Source: a virus (Duplodnaviria > Caudoviricetes). Taken from it: 64,000 bases of DNA. The notes below the pieces were generated by a model. That model had not been told where the DNA came from, made no database searches, and saw only the letters and a program-made list of their open reading frames with translations. Position 1 is the first letter of the stretch, and each line of letters begins with the position of its first letter. A program made the position numbers and the translations under genes. Shown here in pieces: positions 38,484 through 47,606 of this stretch. The DNA is taken from positions 9,580 to 73,579 of the IMG/VR virus record IMGVR_UViG_3300028483_000002. The stretch is one strand, 5' to 3'.

Positions 38484-38787
38484 TTACTTTATTCCTCAAA
38501 TCTTGTCCGTTACAAGAGTAAAACCAATCAAATTGGGTTATTTCCCCGTTACAAATGTCAAATTCAAAAGCCCCAAAATATGGGGAATATTCAGTTTTCA
38601 ATTCTCCAATTTGGTTTTCAATATCTTTTAAACTAACTGTCTGGTTAGAAGAATTACATTTTGAATTCATTGACAGAGCCACAACGTTTGATTTTTCCAC
38701 ACCAAAACGAACATGCCCCTGAAACCCCGAGCATAACAAATTAGATAATTCACAAATAATAAAATTAATCATCATTACACCACCCAT
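38449..38787 (-). CDS. Hypothetical protein
   Basis: ORF track; in operon. Confidence 0.3.
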   Translation of the reverse strand: MGGVMMINFIICELSNLLCSGFQGHVRFGVEKSNVVALSMNSKCNSSNQTVSLKDIENQIGELKTEYSPYFGAFEFDICNGEITQFDWFYSCNGQDLRNKVNAVMSDLPKRN

Positions 38788-38825
38788 TTTAATTATATAT
38801 CAAAAATTTAATTAAGTCTAGTTTA

Positions 38826-39266
38826 CTAAACTTCTTTGAAAATAATTTCTGAATATTTATACTTAAATAATTTTCTTTTCAAAATGTATGTGGGATTTTT
38901 TTTAGTAATTTTGCTCTTAACATCTTCTGCAATAGTTTTTCCGTCTTGTTCATAAACAAAATCTGCAATGTAGTAAACAGCCCTTTCATCTTTTGTTTTT
39001 GGTATGATCTCATATTTTTTTTGGCATTCTAAATTATGAATAAAGCCTTGTTCCTGTAATTTTTTTAATTCAAAAAACCTTTGTGCTTCTTTCTGTGAAT
39101 CAAATGTGCCAAATTCTGTAATTGTCTTTTTTGCATTATATTTATTTTTGCCCTTAAAATATTTGCAATCAGAACACTCATAAATTGTCGTTCTCAAAAC
39201 TTCGCAATAAAACATGTTAGAATGAATTGTGATAACTTTTGCATTTTTACATTTTGCACATTTCAT
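38826..39266 (-). CDS. DUF1064-family PD-(D/E)xK nuclease with N-terminal Zn finger
   Basis: NKYNAKKT...FDSQKEA.RF..L...YIADFVY.....AEDVKS...YILKRKLF. Confidence 0.8.
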   Translation of the reverse strand: MKCAKCKNAKVITIHSNMFYCEVLRTTIYECSDCKYFKGKNKYNAKKTITEFGTFDSQKEAQRFFELKKLQEQGFIHNLECQKKYEIIPKTKDERAVYYIADFVYEQDGKTIAEDVKSKITKKNPTYILKRKLFKYKYSEIIFKEV

Positions 39267-39325
39267 TTTTACCCCTCCAAAGAAATGACAGAGATTAAAT
39301 AAATAACCCCTGCCATTTTTTATTA

Positions 39326-39655
39326 TTAATCTTTAGACAATTTTACACCTGTAAAAATACCAAAAATTAATAATAATACACCACCAACTGCTGCGATTAG
39401 TTTAGTGATATTATCTGCCGGAATACCAGCCAAACCTAAAAGAAAAGAACCAACAGCAATTAAAATAATTGCTAAGATTGTTTTCCAATCTTTTTTTTCT
39501 GATTTTTTCCAAACAGACATACATGCACTTGCTGCGGCAACAAAAGCCACAGCTAAAGCTGAATACTCAACAATTGCAACATCAGTAAAGAATGCAACAA
39601 TTGTTCCAATTAGCACTAATGCTAAACAAACATACTTGAAAACTTTGCTATTCAT
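39326..39655 (-). CDS. Small multi-pass membrane protein (holin candidate)
   Basis: About four hydrophobic helices with a basic loop; strong SD GGGAGGTG. Confidence 0.4.
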   Translation of the reverse strand: MNSKVFKYVCLALVLIGTIVAFFTDVAIVEYSALAVAFVAAASACMSVWKKSEKKDWKTILAIILIAVGSFLLGLAGIPADNITKLIAAVGGVLLLIFGIFTGVKLSKD

Positions 39656-39763
39656 GTTTTCACCTCCCTTTATTTTTCTAGTTTTACAACGGGTAAGGTA
39701 ATAATAATATTACACGCAGCATGAAGCTGGCATTTCCCCGTAAAAAACTAGCAAACCCCAAAA

Positions 39764-40207
39764 TTAAAAAGGCATTCCTTCACCAAATTCACTGTCAGAA
39801 TATCCACCCCAATTATCACTATTTTGTTGTGGATAAATATTTTCAGGTTGGAAATCAGCCTTTTGATTTTCTGCATTTCTGGCCCCAACTAGTTGAACAC
39901 TGTTAGCAACAATTTGAATTTTGCTGAACTTTTGACCATCTTTTTCCCAACGGTCTTGTTTTAAATAACCATCAACGGCAATTTTTTGACCTTTTACCAA
40001 ATATGGTTTTAAGTTTTCAGCAGTTTTTCCCCAAATAGTAATATCAAAATAGCTTACTTCATCGACCCATTGATCCCCGTTTTTTTTACTTCTGTTTACA
40101 GCAATACTAACACTTGCTTTTGCAGTGCCATTTGACAAAACAGAATATCCATCTCCAACATCTCTAGTTAGATTCCCAATTAAAACAACATGATTTAAGT
40201 CTGTCAT
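39764..40207 (-). CDS. ssb: Single-stranded DNA-binding protein
   Basis: LNHVVLIGNLTRD...SIAVNR...SYFDITIWGKTAENL..YL.KG..IAVDG.LKQDRW; acidic tail ending MPF. Confidence 0.95.
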   Translation of the reverse strand: MTDLNHVVLIGNLTRDVGDGYSVLSNGTAKASVSIAVNRSKKNGDQWVDEVSYFDITIWGKTAENLKPYLVKGQKIAVDGYLKQDRWEKDGQKFSKIQIVANSVQLVGARNAENQKADFQPENIYPQQNSDNWGGYSDSEFGEGMPF

Positions 40208-40226
40208 TTATTATATCCCCCTAAAA

Positions 40227-40928
40227 TTATTTATCTCTCATGTTTATTCGGTAAGATTCAAAGTTGAATTCAAGACAAGTACAATTTTCTGTAAATCTGT
40301 CATAAATAGGTTGCCCCAAATATTCAATCAATTCCATTTTTGATTTATTTGAAATCAAAACAGTGCTTTTATTTTTTTCATATCTCTCATTTAAAATCAT
40401 GAAAAGAAATTTTACCTCATCTTTGCTTTCAAATTTGCCAATTTCGTCAATCACCAATAACGGATATTCAGCATATCTTTTGATTAAATCAGAGTTAGAT
40501 TCTTTTGCTTTAAAACTTTTGCAATCATCTAGTTCTAATTCGATTTGGTATGATTTTACGTAATGACTTCCCCAACACTCCCGACAGATAATAGCAGCTA
40601 GCATTGTCTTTCCTGTTCCAGGATTGCCAACTAACCACAATGTCCTTTTCAAATAATTAATAACAAAGTCTTTTATTTTATCTAAAATATTTTTTTTCTG
40701 TGGAATATCAATTTTAAAACTATCAAAACTACAATTCCAATATTTAGAACCGATTCCACTTTCTTTTAGTCTTTCAAACTTTGCTGTTTCATTAATATTT
40801 TTTTGGTGTTCTTTTTCAAAGACTGTATCGTCAGCAGAAAGTGGCACTTCTTCCCATTCCTGCATTTCTTTGCATATTTCATCTAAACGACCCAACCCAT
40901 AAGAAACACCTTGTTTTATTTCCCCCAT
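40227..40928 (-). CDS. DnaC/IstB-like helicase loader ATPase
   Basis: LVGNPGTGKT, LLVIDEIG, ILNERY...TVLISN, IYDRF. Confidence 0.85.
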   Translation of the reverse strand: MGEIKQGVSYGLGRLDEICKEMQEWEEVPLSADDTVFEKEHQKNINETAKFERLKESGIGSKYWNCSFDSFKIDIPQKKNILDKIKDFVINYLKRTLWLVGNPGTGKTMLAAIICRECWGSHYVKSYQIELELDDCKSFKAKESNSDLIKRYAEYPLLVIDEIGKFESKDEVKFLFMILNERYEKNKSTVLISNKSKMELIEYLGQPIYDRFTENCTCLEFNFESYRINMRDK

Positions 40929-40937
40929 GTTTACCCC

Positions 40938-41753
40938 TTAAAAAGCAATATCTGCTTCTGTGAAATTATCTGGAATTCTATCACTCCTAGATTTTCCAAT
41001 ATTTTTTGGATCATAATAATTATTTTTATTTGGCCCATCTCTTTGTTCGTATGCAGAAATTCCCCATTTTTTAAGAGCAAGATAATCAGAGTTATATTTA
41101 TACCCTTTCATTTCTTTCAGTTCTGAAAAAAAGTTAATAATATTATTTGTTTTTTCTTCACCGTGTTCTGTTTTTAATTTATCAAATTCAGAATCAGAAA
41201 GTAAAACATTTTTATACTCACCATATTTATTTTTTTTAGGCTTTGTTTTTTTAGGCTTTTCTTCTGGTATATATATATTATTAATACTTGTATTGTTAAC
41301 TCTTGTATTATTCTCTTTGGCAATTTGGCAATACCCCTCTTGCCAAATATCAATACCCTCTTGGCAATTTGGCAATACCCCTTGACAAATATCAATACCC
41401 TCTTGGCAATTTGGCAATACCCCTTGACAAATATCAATACCCTCTTGATTTTCTGCACTACCTTTAGCATTTGTATTAATAAAGATTTTTCTCTCAGTAC
41501 ATTCCTTGCCATTGTATTTATATTCAATCTTGATATACCCTTTATCTGCAAGCTGCTTTAACCATTTTGAAATTGAAGAAGGATCAACTTCATACAATTT
41601 TGCAAAATAATTATTTGATGCATAACAATAGCCATCTTTTTCTGATAAACAAGTTAATTCTGAGTATAAAAGTTTTGCATTTGCTTTTAATGATTTATCA
41701 TATCGGACTGTAGCCGGTATAATTCCAAAATATGACGGTTTTTCTTTACCCAT
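40938..41753 (-). CDS. Phage replication initiator (N-terminal winged HTH)
   Basis: YFGIIPA.VRYD..L..NAKLLY.EL..L....GYCYASNNYFA.LY; internal repeats; C-terminal YGEYKNVLLSD.E..KL...Y.SDYLA. Confidence 0.85.
   Translation of the reverse strand: MGKEKPSYFGIIPATVRYDKSLKANAKLLYSELTCLSEKDGYCYASNNYFAKLYEVDPSSISKWLKQLADKGYIKIEYKYNGKECTERKIFINTNAKGSAENQEGIDICQGVLPNCQEGIDICQGVLPNCQEGIDIWQEGYCQIAKENNTRVNNTSINNIYIPEEKPKKTKPKKNKYGEYKNVLLSDSEFDKLKTEHGEEKTNNIINFFSELKEMKGYKYNSDYLALKKWGISAYEQRDGPNKNNYYDPKNIGKSRSDRIPDNFTEADIAF
41317..41447. repeat. About three 42-44 bp tandem repeats in the initiator gene; candidate origin iterons
   Basis: TTGGCAATTTGGCAATACCCCTTGACAAATATCAATACCCTC at 41361 and 41403, with a 44-bp variant at 41317. 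Confidence 0.8.
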
Positions 41754-41774
41754 TTTTTACCCCCTATATATTTT

Positions 41775-42185
41775 TTACACCACTTGTTTTAAGTTTTGAT
41801 TTTCAATCTCAACCCACTTAAAATTAACATCATCCCACTTTGCAGGAACAAAACAATTTTTTTCGATGCTCCAAATACTTCCTGGCTCAATAGGCCTTTC
41901 ATTCCATTTAGTTCCATCACTTCTACAAGTATAAAATAATCGGAATGTGTCTACTGTAATCCTATCTGAATTACAATTAGGGCATCTATATTTATCTTCA
42001 TAAAACAATTTGCCTTGCCCATCTGGAGTTTTCATGTATACAGAGTAAGTAACAACAATTAAAGGCTTTAAAAAGTCTTTGTACTTTTTACCTTCGTTTT
42101 CAGCCTTTTTAACACAGTAAGGACAATATGAATATTTATCTTCTCCACTTAAATATTTTTTACCAACTTCTTTAATATTTTCCAT
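41775..42185 (-). CDS. Hypothetical Zn-finger protein
   Basis: CPYC...CPNC. Confidence 0.45.
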   Translation of the reverse strand: MENIKEVGKKYLSGEDKYSYCPYCVKKAENEGKKYKDFLKPLIVVTYSVYMKTPDGQGKLFYEDKYRCPNCNSDRITVDTFRLFYTCRSDGTKWNERPIEPGSIWSIEKNCFVPAKWDDVNFKWVEIENQNLKQVV

Positions 42186-42519
42186 CTATAGCCCCCCTAT
42201 TTTTTTTCATAGACACCCCATTTTTTTTTATAGCCCCCCTATTTTTTTTATATAGGGTGTCTATAGGCCCCCTATTCCATCGTTGGTTTGCACCTTTTTG
42301 ACCGTTTATTTTCGATGTTTCAAGGTCTAAATCATAAAAATCTTTGATAGATTCAAAATATTTCTTTGTTTTTTTATTTAATTTGGGTGTTGTTCCTTTT
42401 TCTGCATAATCAATAATTGCAATAATCAAACTTTTTGCATTTCGACCAGATAACTCGACAAAAGCACCTTTATACAAATAAAAAAATTTAAACCATCTTG
42501 ATTTTTTATTGTGCTCCAT
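42172..42519 (-). CDS. DUF6291-like short protein ending in repeats
   Basis: FKFFYLY...LSG.NAKSLIIAIIDYA.KG..P...NGQKGANQRW. Confidence 0.5.
   Translation of the reverse strand: MEHNKKSRWFKFFYLYKGAFVELSGRNAKSLIIAIIDYAEKGTTPKLNKKTKKYFESIKDFYDLDLETSKINGQKGANQRWNRGPIDTLYKKNRGAIKKNGVSMKKNRGAIDGKY
42187..42275. repeat. About 20-bp imperfect direct repeats ATAGCCCCCCTATTTTTTTT
   Basis: Seen directly; encode the KKNRGAI repeats. Confidence 0.7.
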
Positions 42520-42521
42520 AA

Positions 42522-43328
42522 TTATTTACTCCTATTTATTAATAAAGAATTGTTTTCCTGTACTAATTCTGCTGCTTTACGTTGAGCAGTTTCAATTTTT
42601 CCTCTCAAATGAGGATAACGTTCTAAAAATTCATCATAATTTTTACATTGTTGGTGAAAAAAATTATGTTCATCAGGCGTAAGAGCAAGGATATTCCATG
42701 CTTTGTCAATAGCTGCAGGACATGCCCCACGTGATACAATATGGTGATAATGGACAGGCGTTCTTCCACTTGCCTCTGAAAAAATAACATACTCTCGCAT
42801 TTCTTCAATACTTGAAAATTCTTCAAATTCATTTTCCGGCTTATACTTCCATTCTTCCCATTCATAAATGAACTTTCTAACACTACTTTGCAAATCAATT
42901 GATAACTCGCACAATGTAGCAAGATGGAATAGTAAAGAATTAATGAATCTTCCGGCCTGTTCTGTATTCATTTCTGATAAGTGAATAGGTCGTAATCTAT
43001 CGTTTAATCTGGATGGTTTTTTATCTGCATATTCTTCAAGTAAATCACAATACAATTCATATAATTCTTCATGTGTTCCATTGCGACCTTCCATGCTCTG
43101 AAAAATTATGCTAATTAAAATCCATACAGCATTATTTTGTTTAAATGTTCTATGTTGATATGGAGCATTTATTTCACACCTGAGTAAAACTTCTTGTTTT
43201 GTTCTACCTTCTCTTTCTTTTTTATTTCTAAAGAGCTTTTCAACTATGTATCTGTCATTTTCATCTACAAGTTTTAAGACAATAAAATTATTCTGATAGA
43301 CACCGTGAAAATGTGATATTATTTTCAT
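42522..43328 (-). CDS. NinB-like protein with C-terminal HNH-type nuclease
   Basis: RTFKQNNAVW..I; SEASGR..VHYHHIVSRGA...WNILALTPDEH..FH. Confidence 0.6.
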   Translation of the reverse strand: MKIISHFHGVYQNNFIVLKLVDENDRYIVEKLFRNKKEREGRTKQEVLLRCEINAPYQHRTFKQNNAVWILISIIFQSMEGRNGTHEELYELYCDLLEEYADKKPSRLNDRLRPIHLSEMNTEQAGRFINSLLFHLATLCELSIDLQSSVRKFIYEWEEWKYKPENEFEEFSSIEEMREYVIFSEASGRTPVHYHHIVSRGACPAAIDKAWNILALTPDEHNFFHQQCKNYDEFLERYPHLRGKIETAQRKAAELVQENNSLLINRSK

Positions 43329-44131
43329 CGCACACTCTCCTTTATTGCTCTATCAACTGAATAACCCTTTCTTAAACGGTTATAAAGCATATTCTTTGAA
43401 AGATTTAGCTCTCTGCACCAATCAGAAACACACTGTGTTTTACCCTGATATGTTAGAAAATGATTTTTTCGAGTATTACAATTTTGTCTTTCCAATGGAA
43501 TCCAGGTACAATTATTAGGTTCATAATTTCCATTGAAATCCTTACGTTCAATAGTTAGGTTATCAGCATAACCATTGTCATAAGCCCATTTTCTGAAACA
43601 ATCAAAATCTAGCCAATCATCACAAATTGTAATTCCTCTTGCACCATACCACTTCCAATTTACAGAACTTTTTACAAAACATCTGGCTTTCATATTTGAC
43701 CATATTTTATATAATCGTGTATAACAACCACCGTGTTTTGTAGTTCCGATTTTTCTATGAGCTTTGCCTAAACAACCACAAGACAATATTTTTCCGGCTT
43801 TCAAATCTGGACTAGAAACATCTTTTATTGTTCCACAATCACACAGAACCTTAAAAAAAGCCTTATTCTTAATGGTTTTAGAATAACTTAATACAGTGAG
43901 AATTCCATATCTATTACCGGAAATATCTTCATATTGTTTTGTATGTTTTAAGCATCCACAACTTTTTGTATGGCCTGACTGTAAATGACATAGACTAACT
44001 GTACAGGTATTTCCACAATCACATAAACATTCATAATATGATGCATTACGACCATTATTTTGTTTCTTGTAAAAGTGTTTCTGTAGTGTAAGAATTCCTA
44101 TTCTTTTTCCAACTAGATCATTTACAGCCAT
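43325..44131 (-). CDS. HNH homing endonuclease-like protein
   Basis: Two CLCDCG...L..G.TKSCGC repeats; RLY.IW..MKARC...YGARGITIC.DW...LTIER.D.NGNYEP.NC.W. Confidence 0.85.
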   Translation of the reverse strand: MAVNDLVGKRIGILTLQKHFYKKQNNGRNASYYECLCDCGNTCTVSLCHLQSGHTKSCGCLKHTKQYEDISGNRYGILTVLSYSKTIKNKAFFKVLCDCGTIKDVSSPDLKAGKILSCGCLGKAHRKIGTTKHGGCYTRLYKIWSNMKARCFVKSSVNWKWYGARGITICDDWLDFDCFRKWAYDNGYADNLTIERKDFNGNYEPNNCTWIPLERQNCNTRKNHFLTYQGKTQCVSDWCRELNLSKNMLYNRLRKGYSVDRAIKESVR

Positions 44132-44160
44132 TTTTTTACTTCCCCTTAGAAAATATCGTT

Positions 44161-45090
44161 CTAAAATACACTAGCATTATCAAAAGCCTGTGAAACCGCC
44201 ATTTCTTCATCAGGACTTAACATTTGTTGCTGTGGTAAAGATTGTGGTTGGTTTTCAACAGTTATTTTCGCTGTTTCTACAATTTCAACATCATCTGCAA
44301 CATCTGAAACGTTATAATCTTCTTCATTTAATACAGTTGCGTCTTTCAAATCTTCTTTTTCTTCTCTTTCTACAGCATCAAGAGCTTCAATTGAAATAGG
44401 ACACAATTTTAATGCCTGAATTACACAAGTTTTTAATGCCATTGCATCAAAATTCTTATTCCAAATGTTTTCTTTATCGTCTTTGTTGTAAGCCTTAGAA
44501 AATTTATCTCTATGCAATTCAACATCTTTTTTGCTCATGACTTTAAATTGCACACCACCGTTTTCTAATTCAACTAAACAGTAATACCCAACGATTTCAC
44601 CACGTTCTTTTTTTAGATCCATTCGATGAGATAGATTTCTACCCACACCTAACTGAACGTCAAAAATGTCATTCTCATAAACCGGTTCTGCGGCAATAGT
44701 TTTAATAGTTGCAGAACGTCGAGCTAACGCAATTAAACCTTTATACCCCATTTGAAAATGACAAATCATTCTCTTTTCCCATTTGCCATTTACATTCACA
44801 CTTTCATTGTAAGGTATAAGATACGCTTGCCCTAAAGTGCCATTCAATTCCAATCCATAACTAGCAGCTTCTTTTAAAGCTCTAAAGATTGAATCTTTAT
44901 CACAATTTAAAAGCTGTTTTTGCTTTGGATTTGTAATAGCAAGAAAAGCAGATTGCATAAATCTGTCAATTTCTACAGTTCCTTTTGGAATAGCAGAAAG
45001 AAAAGATTCCTTTCTTTCACTCAACCATTCACCCAAAGTTCCAGTTTTACCTGTCTGTTGAGTAACAGGTACACTTCCGTTTGTTTTCAT
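44161..45090 (-). CDS. recT: RecT family ssDNA annealing recombinase
   Basis: AASYGLELNG.LGQAYLIPY, FQMGYKGLIALARRS, VYENDIF, W..NFDAMALKT. Confidence 0.9.
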   Translation of the reverse strand: MKTNGSVPVTQQTGKTGTLGEWLSERKESFLSAIPKGTVEIDRFMQSAFLAITNPKQKQLLNCDKDSIFRALKEAASYGLELNGTLGQAYLIPYNESVNVNGKWEKRMICHFQMGYKGLIALARRSATIKTIAAEPVYENDIFDVQLGVGRNLSHRMDLKKERGEIVGYYCLVELENGGVQFKVMSKKDVELHRDKFSKAYNKDDKENIWNKNFDAMALKTCVIQALKLCPISIEALDAVEREEKEDLKDATVLNEEDYNVSDVADDVEIVETAKITVENQPQSLPQQQMLSPDEEMAVSQAFDNASVF

Positions 45091-45103
45091 TTTTTTCTCC
45101 TAC

Positions 45104-45191
45104 AAAAAAAGCCGCCCTGAATCCCACAATTTCAAGACGGCCCAAATTGCTTTTAAAGCAATTAAGCAATGTGGGCAAACTTAATCACTCT
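45104..45191 (-). promoter_or_regulatory. Leader RNA element C: hairpin plus terminator with complementary loops, upstream of recT
   Basis: AGAGTGATTAAG/CTTAATTGCTTT stem with CCCACA in the loop; terminator GCCGTCTTGAA/TTCAGGGCGGC followed by T7 with TGTGGG in the loop. Confidence 0.6.
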
Positions 45192-45234
45192 ACCAATTTT
45201 TTATAAAAGCACAGTTTCCTGTACCCTTATATTA

Positions 45235-45263
45235 AAAGTATCACATCTAATACTTTTTGTCAA
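45235..45263 (-). promoter_or_regulatory. Sigma70 promoter for recT, nearly identical to the capsid-operon promoter
   Basis: TTGACAAAAAGTATTAGATGTGATACTTT versus TTGACAAAAAGTATTAGTTGTAATACTAT. Confidence 0.75.
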
Positions 45264-45266
45264 TTA

Positions 45267-46262
45267 TTATTTTTTAGAAATTCTTAAAACTTTTGAAACA
45301 GATTCTTTTGAATATTCTTCAAAAAGCCCAGATTTTTTTAACAAATCTGTATCTACCATTTTTTTTCTTTGAGTATTGTAAGTGAGTTTGTATTTATCAC
45401 CAATTGCAGTTACTTTATCTATTTTTTTGCTGTCATCAGATGATAATTTATAAAGGTTCACAACAATTTGATTTTTAATCTGGTCTAGTTTTTGTTTTAA
45501 TTTTTTTATTTCTTCATCTAATTGTTGTTGTTCTTCAACCAATTGATTTGTTTCATCATCTAATGTAATTTCTGCATTAATTGGTAAATTTTTTAGGTAA
45601 TCTTTTTCAGATTCAACACCTTTTGGAGCAGGAGGAACATTCGCTAAAACATTATTTTCCCAAAAATCACGTTCTGCAGGAATTAAAGTTGTATAAATAA
45701 ATTCATCGCTGCGAAGAATAACATAATGTCGTGCTTTTTTTGATGATAAAATAAAAACAGTTAAAATAAACCAAGGTAAATCAGTTACAGCCATATAGTG
45801 CTGTACTTGGCAATAATAACTATCTGGAATTTCACCATCCCCAAAACCATCACCTTTTGCACTAGTTTTGATTTCATGGCCACCAAAACCTTGAATTTCT
45901 TTCCCCTCAATTATTTTTGCCACTGGAACATAGCACAAACCGTCTAAATTCGCATTCATAAACGGATAATCATAACTAGTATACATTCCTGGTACAGTTA
46001 CAATTTCAATTCCCAACTCTTTAGCTGTCATTTGTCTAATAGGATCTTCTAGAATATGCCCCCATTCCGTTGAAGCATTTCCTTCAAATCCATTAATGTT
46101 TTTTTTAGCAAAATAGACATTCAAAGCTGATGTATACTCATTCATTCCTAAAATTGCACCAGCATCACTGCCACCAATTCCAGTAGTTCTTAATTCTAAC
46201 CATTTTTTTTCTTCTGTTGCTTGATCAACAGGTGTAAATTTTGCATTAATTTTTATATCCAT
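45267..46262 (-). CDS. YqaJ-like viral recombinase exonuclease
   Basis: WLELRTTGIGGSDAGAILG, WGHILED.I, ANLDG, GHEIKT, YYCQVQHYMAVT. Confidence 0.9.
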   Translation of the reverse strand: MDIKINAKFTPVDQATEEKKWLELRTTGIGGSDAGAILGMNEYTSALNVYFAKKNINGFEGNASTEWGHILEDPIRQMTAKELGIEIVTVPGMYTSYDYPFMNANLDGLCYVPVAKIIEGKEIQGFGGHEIKTSAKGDGFGDGEIPDSYYCQVQHYMAVTDLPWFILTVFILSSKKARHYVILRSDEFIYTTLIPAERDFWENNVLANVPPAPKGVESEKDYLKNLPINAEITLDDETNQLVEEQQQLDEEIKKLKQKLDQIKNQIVVNLYKLSSDDSKKIDKVTAIGDKYKLTYNTQRKKMVDTDLLKKSGLFEEYSKESVSKVLRISKK

Positions 46263-46397
46263 AACTATTTCCTTCCTTTTTTTTCTTTAATATAAAAGCC
46301 TTGTGCCGCTTTCATGTAAAATTGCATTAATAAAAAATCCTTTTTATTAAAACATTCCATTGCTTTTTTCACACATTCATTATGTTCTTTTGTGTAA

Positions 46398-46640
46398 TTA
46401 CTCTTGTATATCATCTTCATAATCCATTTCCTCATCTTCAATTAATGTGTGAATCTTTTTTTCATCCAAATTGTTGCTTTTAATGTAATTATCAATTTTC
46501 TTTTGTGCCTCATAGTTATTTTTACACCAAAAGTCAGCAATTTTTTGGCCATCTGCATCAAAAATATATCCAATTGAACAAACTGCCATATTATTCCTCC
46601 TTCCCATTGCATTCACCTTTTGGATTGTAATATGTCCCAT
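46398..46640 (-). CDS. Hypothetical protein (likely start ATG 46589)
   Basis: Coupled small ORF. Confidence 0.3.
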   Translation of the reverse strand: MGHITIQKVNAMGRRNNMAVCSIGYIFDADGQKIADFWCKNNYEAQKKIDNYIKSNNLDEKKIHTLIEDEEMDYEDDIQE

Positions 46641-47604
46641 CTTTTATTCTAGAATAAATATCAAAAGCCTTTTTTAATATTTCCATACCTTTCTCTGTAA
46701 TTTTATTATCATCATCAATGTATTCATTTGCTAAAATTGTTTTTTTACCTGTAAAATCTGCATAATGACGAATTTTTAAATATTCCTTAATCATGTTTTC
46801 AGGAATATCTAAAATTACAGATGCTTCTTTCAATGTATAAGAATGACTTTCAACAGATTCAATAAACTTTTCAGAAGTTTTATTGATAATTTTTTGATAT
46901 TCTTCTTCACCTTTTTCAATAAAACTCTCTGCAACAGCTCCAGGTTTATACTTATTAATAAAGTATGTAATCCCTTCCATATTTAAAAGAAGTTGTTCAC
47001 CTGTTTTGTCTGTTGATTTGTTAAAAGTTCTTAAAGTGAAGTATTTTTGATATTCTGCTTTTGCTCTGTATTCACCAATAGAATTTTTATAAACATATTT
47101 TGCTTTCAAAATTGTCATAAATTCTGTTTGTTTCATACCGAGTTTTGCGGCCATATCTCTAAAGTTCATTGTCTTAGATCGGTCTACTAATTCATCATAA
47201 ACAACTGCTTTTGGTTGCATAATTGCTACTTGATGTCTAATGTTGTCTAATGTTTGGTTTGCAAGTTGCAAGGCTCTAGACATTACAGCTTCTGGTGTGT
47301 TCCATGCTTTTTCGAGTCTGATTAAATAATTGCGATATGTTTTACCAATTTCTGTTCTAGACATTAAACAGATTGATTTAGCCATATCAATAGAAATTGC
47401 ATAGTCTTGAATTTCTTGTTCTCCACCATGTTGGTTGCCCTGTATCTTTAAATACACCCCAGAAAAATCTTCATTTTCAACGAACTCTTTAGAATTATTT
47501 TCCCACCAAAGAGAAAAACGACATTTAATTTGTAAACCTTTGTACAATTCTCTAGCTGATACAGCTTGAATTCCGTCTTTTTCAATAATTTGTAATTCGT
47601 TCAT
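46591..47604 (-). CDS. AntA/AntB plus KilA-C-type antirepressor
   Basis: VSARELY..L...F..W...FVENEDF...DYAISIDMAKSICLM.RTE.GK.YR.YLI.LEKAWNTPEAVM.RAL, MQPKAVVYD. Confidence 0.85.
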   Translation of the reverse strand: MNELQIIEKDGIQAVSARELYKGLQIKCRFSLWWENNSKEFVENEDFSGVYLKIQGNQHGGEQEIQDYAISIDMAKSICLMSRTEIGKTYRNYLIRLEKAWNTPEAVMSRALQLANQTLDNIRHQVAIMQPKAVVYDELVDRSKTMNFRDMAAKLGMKQTEFMTILKAKYVYKNSIGEYRAKAEYQKYFTLRTFNKSTDKTGEQLLLNMEGITYFINKYKPGAVAESFIEKGEEEYQKIINKTSEKFIESVESHSYTLKEASVILDIPENMIKEYLKIRHYADFTGKKTILANEYIDDDNKITEKGMEILKKAFDIYSRIKDGTYYNPKGECNGKEE

Positions 47605-47606
47605 AG

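Noticed and set aside
41317-41447. 42-bp repeats as a CRISPR array
   Set aside because: They have no spacers and their position inside the initiator gene fits iterons
43325-44131. HNH endonuclease as part of a group I intron
   Set aside because: The flanking recT and NinB/HNH genes look intact and I saw no intron core, so it is treated as free-standing
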